From Cystobasidiomycetes sp. EMM_F5 (Eukaryota): DNA of 61,893 nucleotides. The first letter of the stretch is position 1; every line of letters starts with the position of its first letter. Location: the NCBI GenBank assembly GCA_051047955.1, contig JBPGPT010000038.1, positions 62,001 to 123,893 of the forward strand. The letters run 5' to 3'. The notes beneath the pieces were generated by a model. That model was given only the letters and a program-made list of their open reading frames with translations. It did no database searches and had not been told where the DNA came from. Shown in pieces: positions 1 through 12,233 of the stretch. Both the position numbers and the translations under genes were made by a program.

Positions 1-141
1 TGTCAGTTGCGATAGGTTTCGTCGCCAGCTCTCGAACGCTTTTGACGTTTTCGCGCTGTCTTTGCCAGAAGGCCTTGCTTGTGCGTGCCCATCGGAATTG
101 AGCGGTGTCTGCGACGTGGAGGCTTCACTAGAACCTTGCAT
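1..141 (-). CDS. ATP23: 5' end of mitochondrial inner membrane protease Atp23 (runs off window)
   Basis: ATG at 141-139 opens MQGSSEASTSQTPLNSDGHAQARPSGKDSAKTSKAFESWRRNLSQLT. The AFExWRxxLxQxT(G) segment resembles the N-terminus of basidiomycete Atp23. The catalytic HExxH motif would lie outside the window. Confidence 0.6.
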   Translation of the reverse strand, partial: MQGSSEASTSQTPLNSDGHAQARPSGKDSAKTSKAFESWRRNLSQLT

Positions 142-281
142 ATTGTATATCTATTCAGATGTTTGCTCCTCGTATACGATTGTCGCTAGATTGGAGTTGA
201 TCGGGGCACAGCTGAAGTCGACCTCAAGCCCGGTTTGACCTCGTTGGTATCAGCACAAATTGAGAATATAACTCTGCAACC

Positions 282-997
282 ATGGGTGTGGGCGGGAGCA
301 AGCCCGAATCTGCCAAGTCTGGCGATGAGCAGTCGTTTTATGCTGACCGACCTGTTCGGGTACGTCGTGTCGAAGCTTCGTGGTCGTAGAAACGAACAAA
401 GCTACGTAACAGTCGGAAGATCCGCTGAACGTTTGGGCACATAGTTCTCTCCTTCTCTTATGCAACACCTGTCGGACTTACCATCCACCGACGGATCCTC
501 CCCAAATGCACCAAGCGCAGCTCGACAATCGACACTGGACGAACACGTTCGAGCACGAATAGCGTCAGAACTAGCGCGTCTCAAAGCTCAAGAGTCTGAA
601 ATACAAGAAAAGATTCAAAGGGTGTTGGAGCGGGAGAACCTAGAAAAGGAGACTTCAAGCGCAGAAGCTATCAAGTCTTCGCAAGTTCTCAAGCAAGAGC
701 TCGAGGAGCTATCACAAAAGATAACGCAACATAGAGAGAGACGCAATGTGCAGAAGAACTTTCCGGAAATCGCTGCAGCGAGACGAGACTTGGTCGCCTG
801 TTATCGCGAAAAGGTCGACAAGCCGCTAGATTGTTGGCAAGAGGCTGCGCAATTTAGAGCTGCTGTAAAAGCTGCAGAACAGGTCCGTGTCTCCACTCAT
901 GCCGCAAGGACTACCAATTGGCGGGACTGACAGTTTGATGCATGTATCCTTCTTACAGGTCTTTGTGCAAAGGGAGGGTGTAATGGCGCAGGCGTAG
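282..997 (+). CDS. MIC19: MICOS subunit Mic19 (DUF1690/CHCH-like), 3 exons
   Basis: Exons 282-359, 445-882 and 959-997 join via GT-AG introns. N-terminus MGVGGSK fits a myristoylation-type motif. It is followed by a coiled coil and the C-terminal LVACYREKVDKPLDCWQEAAQFR two-Cys motif. Confidence 0.85.
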
Positions 998-1592
998 AAT
1001 ATGAAGCATATAAAATGACGATAATCTGTCTTCAATGACAGCATTCATACCCACATGGGTGGCAGCGTGAAGTACGCTGACTTTATCATGCGGAACTCAT
1101 CTAACGTGTGTGTTGGGGAGCTATAGCAGTGAGATAATACACGCATGCTTACGGCCTGCTACATGAGCAGTTCTCACCACGTCAGCTCTATTCTATAGTG
1201 TCGGCTCAGGTCCGCGGCTGATGAGAAATGGCCAGCTGGTCCAGCACATCGACAGTAGTCTCCGATAGAGGTTGCAGAGTCTGCTAATATCGTGCAGTTC
1301 GGATCGCGTATTGCTGACGTTCCCTCGATCCCGTTGCTGATCTAACAACGTGTTGCACTCGATCACTGCCGATATCTCTTCCTTTGAAGACGTGGCACTG
1401 CCCGCTACAGTAACGTTGATTTCTTCCTGAGTCAACCTTTGGCCTGTCTCCGCTTTGAAGTTGAAGCTCGCCTAAACTCAAGTGTGCAAGATGCCGGAAC
1501 CGCCCATTATGACTGAGACAAGTGCAGGTAAGTTGACACGCTTTGGACATGCTGGCCGGCGGTCTGACTGTTGAGTTTAATCGCTCCTTGTT

Positions 1593-2399
1593 ATGCTGAC
1601 GGTGTACACGATCTGTATCATGGACGCAGTGATGCAGTATCGTCTGCATCAGTCCGCTGCACCCGCTGGCGGGGAAGAGCTGTACGACATCGAACACGTT
1701 GATCCTTTTGGCATTTTAGGCTTGCGTGCGTCGCCAGTCCTCAACCCTAGAAGTCTACAGCGGCCGACGCTTCAAGCGCAATCCATCTCGGACCCATGCA
1801 TACGGTCTGCCACGCCACGCGTTCTGTCACATATCCGGACCACCTCTCTCGATCGGCATCATTTCGCCAGCTACGTTGCATCACCGCCTCCTTCGACACC
1901 GCTGCCACCGCTGCCAGAAGATGAAGACGGGTTGTCCACGCGCTTGAGGCAAATTGCGGGCCTGCAGCAGGTGCCGCTTATCAGAACATCAACGAACGCA
2001 TCCGTGCGCGATTGGGAGCCATCAAATTACATTGACATCACGCCGGAGGAAGAGAAGTCAGAGGCAGACGCCATGCATGAATATCACACAGACAGTGGCC
2101 AGAGAATCATAGCTGCAAGCGAAGGGAAGGCGGCAGCAGATATAGAGACCCATGCGACAATGTCGACTCGGACAACTGCACCCTGCAGGCGCGATCAGCA
2201 AACGCAGACCGATCGGCTGCTGGCTGATTACGGATATTCAATGAGTAGTCAGCCTGCATCTGCTCTTGAAACGGCATGTAGTCCGGCAAAGGCCTTTTCA
2301 TCGCTGTCGCGGCGGCGGCTTAGTTGGACCAGGTTACGCGGCAGGTTTCGCGGGTCCGCTGGCCAGGGCCCGGAGGTGAGTCTGTCGCAAGACATTTAG
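1593..2399 (+). CDS. hypothetical low-complexity protein (possibly last exon of a spliced gene)
   Basis: 268-codon ORF with Pro/Ser-rich content (PPPSTPLPPLP). An upstream GTAAGT donor near 1528 suggests further exons that I could not resolve. Confidence 0.45.
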   Translation: MLTVYTICIMDAVMQYRLHQSAAPAGGEELYDIEHVDPFGILGLRASPVLNPRSLQRPTLQAQSISDPCIRSATPRVLSHIRTTSLDRHHFASYVASPPPSTPLPPLPEDEDGLSTRLRQIAGLQQVPLIRTSTNASVRDWEPSNYIDITPEEEKSEADAMHEYHTDSGQRIIAASEGKAAADIETHATMSTRTTAPCRRDQQTQTDRLLADYGYSMSSQPASALETACSPAKAFSSLSRRRLSWTRLRGRFRGSAGQGPEVSLSQDI

Positions 2400-2661
2400 T
2401 CAAGTTTGGTATCTATGTTTTTTCGTTAGTCGTGCTCAGTTCGCCATAATGGTTGTACGTGGACAGTGACAAATTTTAGGCTCGAAGATATCTGCTTTTA
2501 AGCGCACACAGATGCCCGAAAAAGGCTGATTCGATTTTGCCATTGTTCTCATCGGCGCTACTGCCAACGAACGGTCACGCACAGTCCTATTCGTATACAT
2601 CAGAACAGAGGCTCATACTCATATAGCTAGCAGAACTGTGTAACAAGTCGAAGTTGTTAAA

Positions 2662-4653
2662 TCAATAACCGCCACCGGAGGCACCACGGTAGCCGCCCTG
2701 AGCTCCACTCTGGCCATTGCTGCCGTAGGCACCAGAGTTGGGATTGGATCCAGCGCCGAATCCAGACGTTGGCGAGGTGCTGGAGTTGAACCCGGCAGCA
2801 GGAGATGCGCCAGATCCGTAAGATCCGACACCGCTCTGAGCACCGTACGCCTGCTGCCCTTGTTGACCTTGCTGTCCGCCGTAGCCTTGCTGGCCGCCGT
2901 AGCCTTGTTGTCCACCTGCAAATTGCGGCATCAGAATCTTCATCATTTTAATAGCGTGTCTGAAGACCGATAAGGCATACCGTAGCTGCCACCGGATGGC
3001 TGTTGACCGTATCCACCAGCCGCGCCTGTGACAAGAGAGGTAAACAAATGATTGTTGTGGTTGGATACAATTTGATCAGTAAGCGCACCTCCGTACTGTT
3101 GGTTGCTGTAACCACCTCCGTAGCCACCCTGTCCTCCGTAGCCACCTTGGTTACCGCCATAAGCACCACCTGACTGCTGACCGCCGTAGCTGCCTCCGTA
3201 TCCTCCAGATTGACCGTAACCTCCCTGCTGTCCTCCACTGCCATATCCGCCCGCGCCTTCAGCGTTTGACAATTGCATAGGCTGTGGTCAGAAATGCTTG
3301 CATGGAACGATTGTACAAACAGAGCTTACCACCCTGATAGCCGCCGGACGATCCGTAGTTGCTGTATCCACCCGAAGATTGATCACCACCACCGTATCCT
3401 CCGCCGTAGCCGCCGCCATAGCCTGAATGGCGTCCGGTGTTAGTTAGTATCTGATACTCGCAGGCAAGGGCTGTATGCACTCACCGCCGGATCCACCGCG
3501 GTAGCCTCCTCCTCCTCCTCCACCGCCTCCTCCAGTACGGCCTTCAGATTGACTGCGGTAACTACCAATGATTAACGTGGCCCTTGTGTCAGAGCCTTGG
3601 ATTGCAAGAACGGCAGTATTGTTTGACAGTCCCGCGAAGCAATGGAGTTGGGGCAGCGCTATAAACAAGCGCCACGCCATTCGCAACTTCAAGACTTGCG
3701 AGACTCTCGTAGAGAACAGTGTGTTGTGGGACAAGATGAGACGAGGGGCTTACTTCACTTTGAGACGGCGTCCATCAAGCTCTGCATCATTCATGGCGGC
3801 AATGGCAGCATCGGCTTCCGACGATTGCGAGAACGTGACGAAACCGAAACCCTGGAATAAGGTAAGATGAGTATGCACAGTCTATCACGAAGTCTGGAAA
3901 TAGCAGACCCTCGATCTGCCAGTATCGCGGTCCCTAAGGACGACAGCCTGATTTCGATTATGAGGAATTAGGATGTTGCATAGTGCCAACTGCCATTGAA
4001 GAAGAAGCGTACATCCTCGATATGCCCAAATTGCGCGAAAGCTTGCTTCAATACTTCTTCATCACTGGCCCCTGGAACACAAGAAAGCCACCGCATTTCA
4101 TTGGTAAAAGAGCATTAGGCAGGAATAGCGCGTGCAGCAGGAAAGTCAACACACAGGCCAAGTTGCCAACCTGTACGGACCGGCCAATGAAAGTGTACAG
4201 CAGGTACAGGCCGAGTCATAAAGACAGACGATGTGATATGACCAAAGCAGATTGCAGACAGCCAAGAGCGCGAGAAGTCGAACGGAATGAAAGCAGACCA
4301 GCAGATGCGCACACGAGACAGGACGAAAACGAGGCAGAATAGAACGAAAAGAGCATTCAGCAAACCGCACTCCATAGCTGAACTGCACTCCACACGACCA
4401 GACGGGAGAATGAGACACAGGCTGATTGAAGTCTTCATTGCAGCAGTCATTGCGACATGTCGGAGACAGCAGTCATTGTGACATGTCGGAGACCCACGTC
4501 CAACACCACAGTCGCGGTAATTAATCCTCCAGACCGGCTTTCTTTTAGATGGCGAGTGGATCCCGGAAAATGCGATCTGTCCGGAAACGCAGGACCACCG
4601 ACTCAGGCCAGGGCTTTGACGCTTACGTAGATCTTTGCATTGCCTCCAGACAT
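2662..4653 (-). CDS. glycine-rich RNA-binding protein (single RRM plus G/Y/Q-rich tail)
   Basis: Spliced model [90 protein letters not shown] has RNP2 and RNP1. Several exons of GGYGGQQG repeats follow, ending at TGA 2664-2662. Confidence 0.9.
4441..4492. repeat. 26-nt tandem duplication (2 copies, 1 mismatch) in intron 1 of the RRM gene
   Basis: cagcagtcattgcgacatgtcggaga followed directly by cagcagtcattgtgacatgtcggaga. Confidence 0.9.
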
Positions 4654-5183
4654 TGTCGTATTACTGATCTTTCGCAGTGACTTTGCAGGTTCAGTGCTCT
4701 TTTCGCGGTCAAGTAAGTGCTGAACAGAGCCTGGCCGAGGTCAGGCGCAATTTCAAAGGTCAAAGCGCGAGCGATCGAGGTACTGTATAGTACCAAGACA
4801 CTCAGGCTCTTACGCTCGTTTTCTGCAAGCACTGCGGATTGATGCAACGGAGGACATTCGAACAATCTGATAGCTCTACGTCTAGGTGAAACTGGAAGAG
4901 AGAAGACTAATCTGCTGGGTAAGGACTAGCTCGTGTTCTGTGATTCGCCGTGTTCTTGCAGACGATATGTTCGAGCTTGTCTCAAGCCCTTGTAGCAAAC
5001 ACGTTCTCTTCTCTAGAATGTCCTCACTGACGTAGGCCACATGCACAGCACCTCCAGAGCACGACCATCTGGACTGATCTGAATAACACGCACGCAGATG
5101 AGTCAGTACATTCTATGTAGCACTTTCAGCGTTCCCATTCATACCTCTACTTCCGCCGCGATATCTTCTTGCATCTCCAATCG

Positions 5184-6454
5184 TCAGACTGCGGAAAGTG
5201 CGAATGTGTGGAATTCGGGACCCATGTTAATACTTGCCTGGTCTGCCCAGACTTGAGCCCACTCCTCGGCTAAACTCGTCATTCGCCGCATGCAAAAGTC
5301 TTCGTCGTCATGATCGTCAATCTCATAAGCTTGAGAAAGACGCAGTCTAACAATCTCCATTTCCGGTGCGGCCGAATTCGCCGAGAAGATCCTCAACGAC
5401 GCCAGAGGGGACAGTGCCATAACGTAAGCTGCAGGCTCCTCCTCCCATTGGCTCAGAGTAAGGTAATTTCTAGGGTGTGTAGAATAAACCTCGAGTTGTT
5501 CCAGTCTCGGGAATGCTGCTGCTATTGATGCGCAGAAAGAGACTGAGATGCGTAAGGATTGCGTAATAGCTAGCCATCGTAGCGGAGCTTGTCTAAACAT
5601 TTCGATAAGGACGTGGGCATCGAAGCTGGAGTTGTTCCACCACCGGAGTACCTGTAGACACATGTCGCCTTCAAACGCCTGAAATAGCGGCGAGGCGATT
5701 GAATGAGCACTGACCGGTCCATACGGGTTTGACTCACCTTGACAGACTGCCTTATATTGCTCAAGCCGCTCCCTTCCGCGCTTTTCTCGTCGATATCGAG
5801 GTGTCGCAGATGGGCCCACGATGATGGACTGAATAAAAGTCCCCATGACTCTGATCCCGAGTAGTGCAGCTCATCCAGGATGGGAAAGTTACTCAAATCG
5901 ATGTTACCACACGCCCTCAGGGTATGCAGTCGCGGAAATTTTAAATTTCTCAGATCGAAGTCGTGACCAATCAGGGTGAGATTCGTCAAATGTAAACTGC
6001 CTGCCATGGTAGCCATTGATTTTGGCAGCAGTGGAGGTAACGCAACGGTTGACTTCGTGAATGGTTTGGCAGATCTGTACTCCCAGATTGCTTCCCGCAT
6101 TTGCAGTAGGAATGTAACCAGCACACTAAGCTTCCAGTCTACAATGGCCAGCGAAGCACAGGGCCTGGGCGGACAAGATTCAGTCTGGGTTATGTCCACA
6201 ACCAGTGAATGACAATTGCTGGCGAAGAGGTGCGACATTCGGCTAATGCGTCCCATCGTTTCACGGAAAGAATCCATGCCTTGCGTTGAGAGGTGAATGT
6301 GGAGCTTGAGAGTCTTGAAAAGTAGGCGTGTTGCAGCGAAGCAGAACGCCTTGTTGACGCGCCTCAACCTTATCAAGTCAACCCTCCTGTCCCCGGACGG
6401 AGGTTCATTGTGAATGATAGCGACAATCTCGGCGGGCAGAGGTTGCGATAGCAT
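5184..6454 (-). CDS. F-box-like / LRR-like protein (3' end approximate)
   Basis: N-terminal MLSQPLPAEIVAII...LIRLRRVNKAFCFAATRLLFKTLKL is F-box-like. LxxLxL repeats follow (LTNLTL, LHTLRA, LRHLDI, LEQLEV). A GT-AG intron after QSVK links the two long ORFs. Confidence 0.65.
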
Positions 6455-6620
6455 GACGGGACAGGATGGATGGATAGAGAGTGGACGTGTGCGTGAAGGT
6501 GATGTGAGTGTATCGCATGCGGTTTTTGCCTCGAAACACCAAAGGACTGGGAGACCAGGCTGCTTGCGCCACCAGAGCGTCACGCTTGATTTTGCAACGA
6601 CTTGATGCTACGCCCAAGCC

Positions 6621-7881
6621 ATGCGAGTTTACTGAGTCTGCATGTCGTCCTGAATCACCACAACTAACGTCAACTTGCTTGCATTACCTCGCCTTTTAGG
6701 TCGTTTAATGACCTTGAACGAGGAACAGGTAACCGGCAAGCCCAGCGAGGCCGAACGGATGACGTTCAGTTGTCTGAAGGCGGTGAGTCTGCGTCGTGGA
6801 GAGGCGTCGAGCCTTACAAAGCCGAGCTGACTTGATTCATGGTGTTGTCATAGAGGACAAGAGGTTCACCAGTCTTGCGGACCGCATTGGGTTTCAGATA
6901 TTCCGGATCAACAGCAACGTCAAGGGCATTGAATCGCTTGTGAAACAGTTGGGAAGCACGCACGATACTCCGGACCTGCGGAGCAAGCTGTGAGACCCAC
7001 TTCCCGCCATGATCGTAGGCTATGTTCTGATGGTCATGTCTTCCATCCCAATAGGCACAACTTGACGGAAGCCACAAAGGAATTGGTCAAGAGCAGCACA
7101 GAAGATGTCAAGCAGCTTGCGGCGTACGATTTACCCGGTCAAGTATGTGCTCTCAAGTCTTATGCGATTGATTCACCGAAACTTAGTTCACCACGTCCAG
7201 GGTGCTGCGACCAGACAACGCAAGCTAAAGCAAGCAAAGGTGTCTCGCGATTTTCAGACCAGCATACTCAGCTACCAGACTGCCGCAAAGCAGTCTGCGG
7301 AACGGCAACGGATACATGTCGCAAGGGCGCGGGCTGCAATCGATCAAGGTGACGCAGAGCAGGCCGAGCAAGCGCTTTCTCCCTCTGCAACAGGCGGCTA
7401 TCAGCTTCAGCAACAACAAGTCCTACAGACGGACCTTGTGCCTGATTCCGAGTTGGAATATCAAGAGCAGCTCATCCAGGAGCGAGAGGGCGAGATCGAG
7501 GATATCGAACGTGGTGTCCTTGAGCTCAATGAGATATTTCGGGATCTGGGAACCATCGTCACGGAGCAGCAGAGTATGCTGGGTCAGTGGAAGAGCCCCC
7601 TGCATCATCCTGAAACTGCTTGCTAATCGAGACAGAATCTCATAACAGACAACATCGAGAGCAATGTCATCTCGGTTGCCAACGATACTCAAGGTGCCAG
7701 CGAAGAGCTCGTTAGCGCCCATAACTACCAGAGAAAAGCAGGCCGACGCATGCTGTGCCTTCTTATGATATTCATCGTAGTCCTACTAATAGTATTGTTA
7801 GCGGTGAGTGAGCCACTACACCTTGGCCGCCCAGCAATGGCATTTAGAACATTGACACATTCTTCGCAGGTACTTTCCTGA
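6621..7881 (+). CDS. PEP12: Qa-SNARE syntaxin, Pep12/Vam3/syntaxin-7 type
   Basis: Starts MSFNDLERG. Habc domain (IFRINSNVKGIESLVKQLGSTHDTPDLR), SNARE motif (LIQEREGEIEDIERGVLELNEIFRDLGTIVTEQQSML|DNIESNV) and C-terminal TM segment (MLCLLMIFIVVLLIVLLAVLS*). Confidence 0.85.
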
Positions 7882-8037
7882 TTCAGTCTTCCGCGGATTG
7901 TCATATCATGCATGGATGTCTTTGTCGTATAAACAATAGATTGCCCTCACTGTCGCTATATGTTGACAACACACTAAACGGTTGGACTTGTCATTGCACG
8001 TCACATGTTCTTTCCTGTCCAGCCTATGCAATACCCC

Positions 8038-11000
8038 TTACCAAGAGCGCCACATATGCTGCGCGTCGACTTCGGCTTGCTGTTTCTCGCCACTGAGTTC
8101 TGTCTGAATGTTCTTGTGTACACTGCGGGGCGGGCCCTGTTAAACCACCACATAGGGGCAGAGCGATCCGTCACGGAACTCACAAGCATAGATAGTCAAC
8201 GTAGCTGAGATTGTCGTTGTTTGCATCCTCCACGAGCATGTTGGAGAACTCGACTTCGATGCCGTCCATGTTCTGTCGAGCCACATAAAGGGGTAGCCGC
8301 CGTCCAGATCTGTGATCCTCCCATATTTGCATGATTGTTCTCAGTTGTTCGGATAATCGAGTTGGCAGCCTTGGCAATCGAGTCTGCGCATCACACATTC
8401 AGCAACATATGAGGACGCCCTGGCCCCACAAGACATACCATTCTCGTATTGACCTCCTCTAAGCTATCAACATCGTAGAGGTCTCGCAGGATCTGCGGAG
8501 AGACGGCGGCACCAAGCCAAAGAATGGCAAGCTCGCCGTTTTCTGCAGAGCAAGTAAGGTGCTCTCCACGGCAGGCCGGGCTGAAGCGGACTCACGGACT
8601 AAATACGCTCCATGGGGTTCCATCCGGGCATAGCTCGTCCGCATCATGCGTGGTAAACGGATCCGACCATTTGCATCGGGCTCTAGTGCATTAGGCGCCA
8701 AAGTATGCACTGGTAGCATTTTTGGATACAAGAGCTCCATAGTGTCTGAGGCTCCCATCCCCTTGATGTAACGCATCGAGTAGGTACGAACATCTGAAAC
8801 TACCGGTCCACCCTTTAATGCTTTCGTCTTGATAAACGACAGGGCAAACACGGGGAATAGCTTGAAGGACTCGGGCAGGATGAGCTGGCCAGGCGCGGTG
8901 GTGGAAGCGCAATGTTTCCGGTACGCCAACAAGACTTTTGTGCACAGTTCCGTAAGCTGATCCCGCACCTCCCTCAACGGTTTATTGACAGTTTTGGCGA
9001 TGGCTTCTTTGGCGCAGTGCGTCATAGTGGCATCCATGTCCGCATATCGGAAGACATTCGCCATAATCTGGGTGACGGGGACTGCGATGTTATGCAGACG
9101 AACCTTGCGATGACCATCACTGCTCGTGTATAGTACCGCGCACTGGAAGTACGCATCTCTTTTGTCATCGAGCTTGCTTTCGTGCTTCAATAATGCTGTT
9201 ACAGCCTTATCGGCATCCATTGTGCCAAATTCGAGATCCGTAACATTGCGTTGATAGAAATTTCCGTAATGTTCAGACACGCGGAGCCCTAGACCACCAG
9301 TCAGCGTACCGCTCACAGCTCACTGCGTATGGTTAATACTCTTACCCTCGGAACAACGAATACGCATTGTGACGGAATACGCTGTCTCCCTCGTCAATGT
9401 ACGACTCAGCTGGGAATGTAGCTTGATGTAATCTCGAACCGGATCGAATCGGGGATGGAAGTATACATCTCCACCAGTCAACCCGGCCAAGACACCCAGA
9501 CTGGCGACGTCAATGTATTGACTCGGGAACAAGAAGAGGTTGATGCCGATACCGCTTTCAACGGCTTCTTCGGCCATGTTGCGATAAAATATGTCCTGGG
9601 GCACAAACAAAGTCCGCTCTTTGTCGGTACCTTGCAGTTTCGTCTCATCCCGATGCTTCAAGGCTCCAGGACCTGACATGGGCAATCTAGTCTGGAAGAT
9701 ATTCAGCTGACCCCCGATTGTCTTGAGGGCCAAAAGTGCAGCTTTGAGAGCCCCTCCAAGCGTCGCATCTGCCGTGACATTGTGGGCGAAAAGACTGGGT
9801 ATAGAATCCAACAGGGTCTCGACAAGGGATCTGTCACGCGATTGATTAGCTAAGATGCGAAGCTTTTGTCGCGCGAAACACACCTGGACTCGAGAGCATC
9901 GACTAAAAAGCCTTCATTAAGAGGGACGAAAATATCGTCTACATCGCCGACTACTAGCATTTGGGGCTTATCCAAGCCAGATTTGATATTATAAAAGTGT
10001 ACTACCTTATCAAACGTCATGAAGGCCACTTTGGCGCCAGGTGGGAGGCCCAAACCCTTTCTGCCTAGCTGCTGCTCTTCGGCTTGTCCAACCTCTGCAC
10101 TGCCGTAGATGACATCCTTGAGAGCCTGACAGACTTCACGAAGCATTGGGTGAGCTTGTGGCTCCTGCTGACCGGCCGGTCCTTGATTGGAGCGACGCGT
10201 AGTATCGCAGCTGACATCAATAGCAAAGACATAGTGCAAAGGCTGTGGTGGCCGAGGCACAGTGCTGGCTGAGCTTGACCCAGCGATGGGTGGATCTTGA
10301 ACCCAGTAATCTTTCGGGACAAGCATATCAATCGAACCCTTCATCAATTCTGGTCTTTGCTCGAAATCTAGCCGCCGTCCATTAACATCCAAATGTGAGA
10401 AATAATCCGGGGGCACTGACGTCGATTAAAGACGGCGAATATCAGTACTCGCAGCTGGTGTTACCAGACAACGCTTACCTTCAGTTGCGTTGCCGCAAAG
10501 ATTGCATACAAACTTCTGGCCGGCCTCAATGAAGACGCACCAAGGATTGATATACCCTCTACAACGCTTACACCGCGGTGGCCCAGCCTGCGTAAAGTCA
10601 GCTGTGTATATTGGATCCTCTCCAGCTTCGGTATGGGGTCTGCCAAAAGGCTGTAACACGATGCTCAATGGAAGATGGGAGAGGTTGGCCAGCTCGTCTG
10701 ATGCAGGGAGGTTGTAGGTCGTGAATCTCATAAAACGTGGGGTCGAGCTGCCTTGGTCGATGCTAGTGTAGTTTGTCGTCGATAGAGGTATAGTGCTTCT
10801 ACTGCACGTCATGTATGGCTCTGCATCGTAAACATCCTGATCCTGCTCTTGAACGGCCACTACGGACGGTATCTGTTCAGGGTCAATACGATTTCGCATA
10901 CCAGGGAGTTTTGTTCCAGGGTTATGTGGAGGCTGCGGTATGCTATTTTGATGCGGCGGTAGTGCATGTCCCTCAGGCTGAGATTGTTGCAGATAATCGG

Positions 11001-11956
11001 GCCTCGCTTGTGTGCTGTATTGACTTCCAGGCGCGCTAGCTGGAGGAGCGTTGACATACGGATGTATCGGCTGCTGAGGGTGCATTACTTGATTCTGCTG
11101 CACGTAGTGTTGTTCACTGCCTGATGCGCTTTGCTGGGCAAATGCTGCCGAAGGGGAATTGTCTTCTTGGTGATAAGCCCGTGCAGCGCGCTTGGCTTTA
11201 AGTGGTCCTGCATCAGTGGTCATCTCTGGTTGTGGAACCTGAACGGAATGAACCTAGTCAGTCGTTGTATGCTTGTACAGCCAACTTGTTTATCCTGGAC
11301 TAACGTGCGCAAGCTGCGGCGCCGGACTGAGCCGCATGCTAGACATCTGACTTGAGAGTCCATTGGCTAAAGCACTAGGTGGCCGTATTTGCTGACTGGG
11401 ATTGCCCGTGGAGTACATCTGTTGCTGCTGATGAGAGTTGTAGCTGTAGGGCGCGACGACAGCTGGGGAAGGCTGCGGCGAGCGGGACATGCTACCCGTA
11501 ATCAGCGCTGGAGAGCTGGGCGGATGATTGGGGTACACTGGTCCGTTTGCGAGGTTTTGACCAAGCTGCTGCTGCAACCTAGGATCGCGTACCTCGGGGC
11601 TTCGACCATTGTATTGGATCTGTGGCTGCGCGGGATGGGGACCATTCATGGGAGACGGAGATGGACGCGACATGGCAGACGACTGTTGGTTGTGGCCTGC
11701 CGCATACCCAGACTTGTCAGCTCAAAAGGCAAAATAGGTTCAAGGGTAGGTCTTCAAGCCTCAACGCACCGATTGGCGGTCTCGCTTGCTGGGGACGGCT
11801 GTCAGATGGCATGAACTGCTGCTGCTGCTGCTGCTGCTGCTGATGATGCTGCTGCTGCTGAATGGGCGGCTGCCCTTGCGATTGTCCGTTGCGACTATCG
11901 ACTGGCGCGTTACCGCTGGGATATCCCGTCATGTTTGGTCGCGGTTGCGACGCCAT
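8038..11956 (-). CDS. SEC24: COPII coat subunit Sec24 (Sec24C/Sfb3-type)
   Basis: P/Q-rich N-terminus, Zn finger PPRCKRCRGYINPW...FVCNLC, trunk domain YVFAIDVS, beta-sandwich VTMRIRCS, helical domain GQLILPESFKLFP, and C-terminal LVEDANNDNLSYVDYLC. Confidence 0.93.
11816..11860. repeat. (CAG)n microsatellite encoding polyQ (Q4H2Q9) in Sec24 exon 1
   Basis: ctgctgctg... run interrupted by tgatga, read on the minus strand as QQQQHHQQQQQQQQQ. Confidence 0.9.
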
Positions 11957-12233
11957 TTCAGGCCTAGGGCAATCGTTATCGACTGCTCGGTCTTAACGAT
12001 GCAGCCGCGTTTCCTTCTGGTTGCATCAACTTCAGGTTCCTGGGACGTGGCCGGGGATTTGGCTTTGCGATGCAATACTTACGAGCATTTATGTCATGCA
12101 TGCATTCCGTCCATATACCGTTATTTACTATTGCATCAACGCTCTGCCCCGACAACATGCGCAGGTTCTTGGACCAGCGCTCTACCCCGCTATGCAACAA
12201 CCTATTGACATTAAGTATGGTGTCCTGTGCAAT

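Noticed and set aside
5570..5846. Overlapping ORFs in different frames suggesting a frameshift or pseudogene in the F-box gene
   Set aside because: Explained by a canonical GTGAGT...TTTCAG intron.
11389..12208. Plus-strand ORFs with poly-Leu/poly-Cys tracts
   Set aside because: Antisense shadows of the Sec24 CAG repeat and coding sequence.
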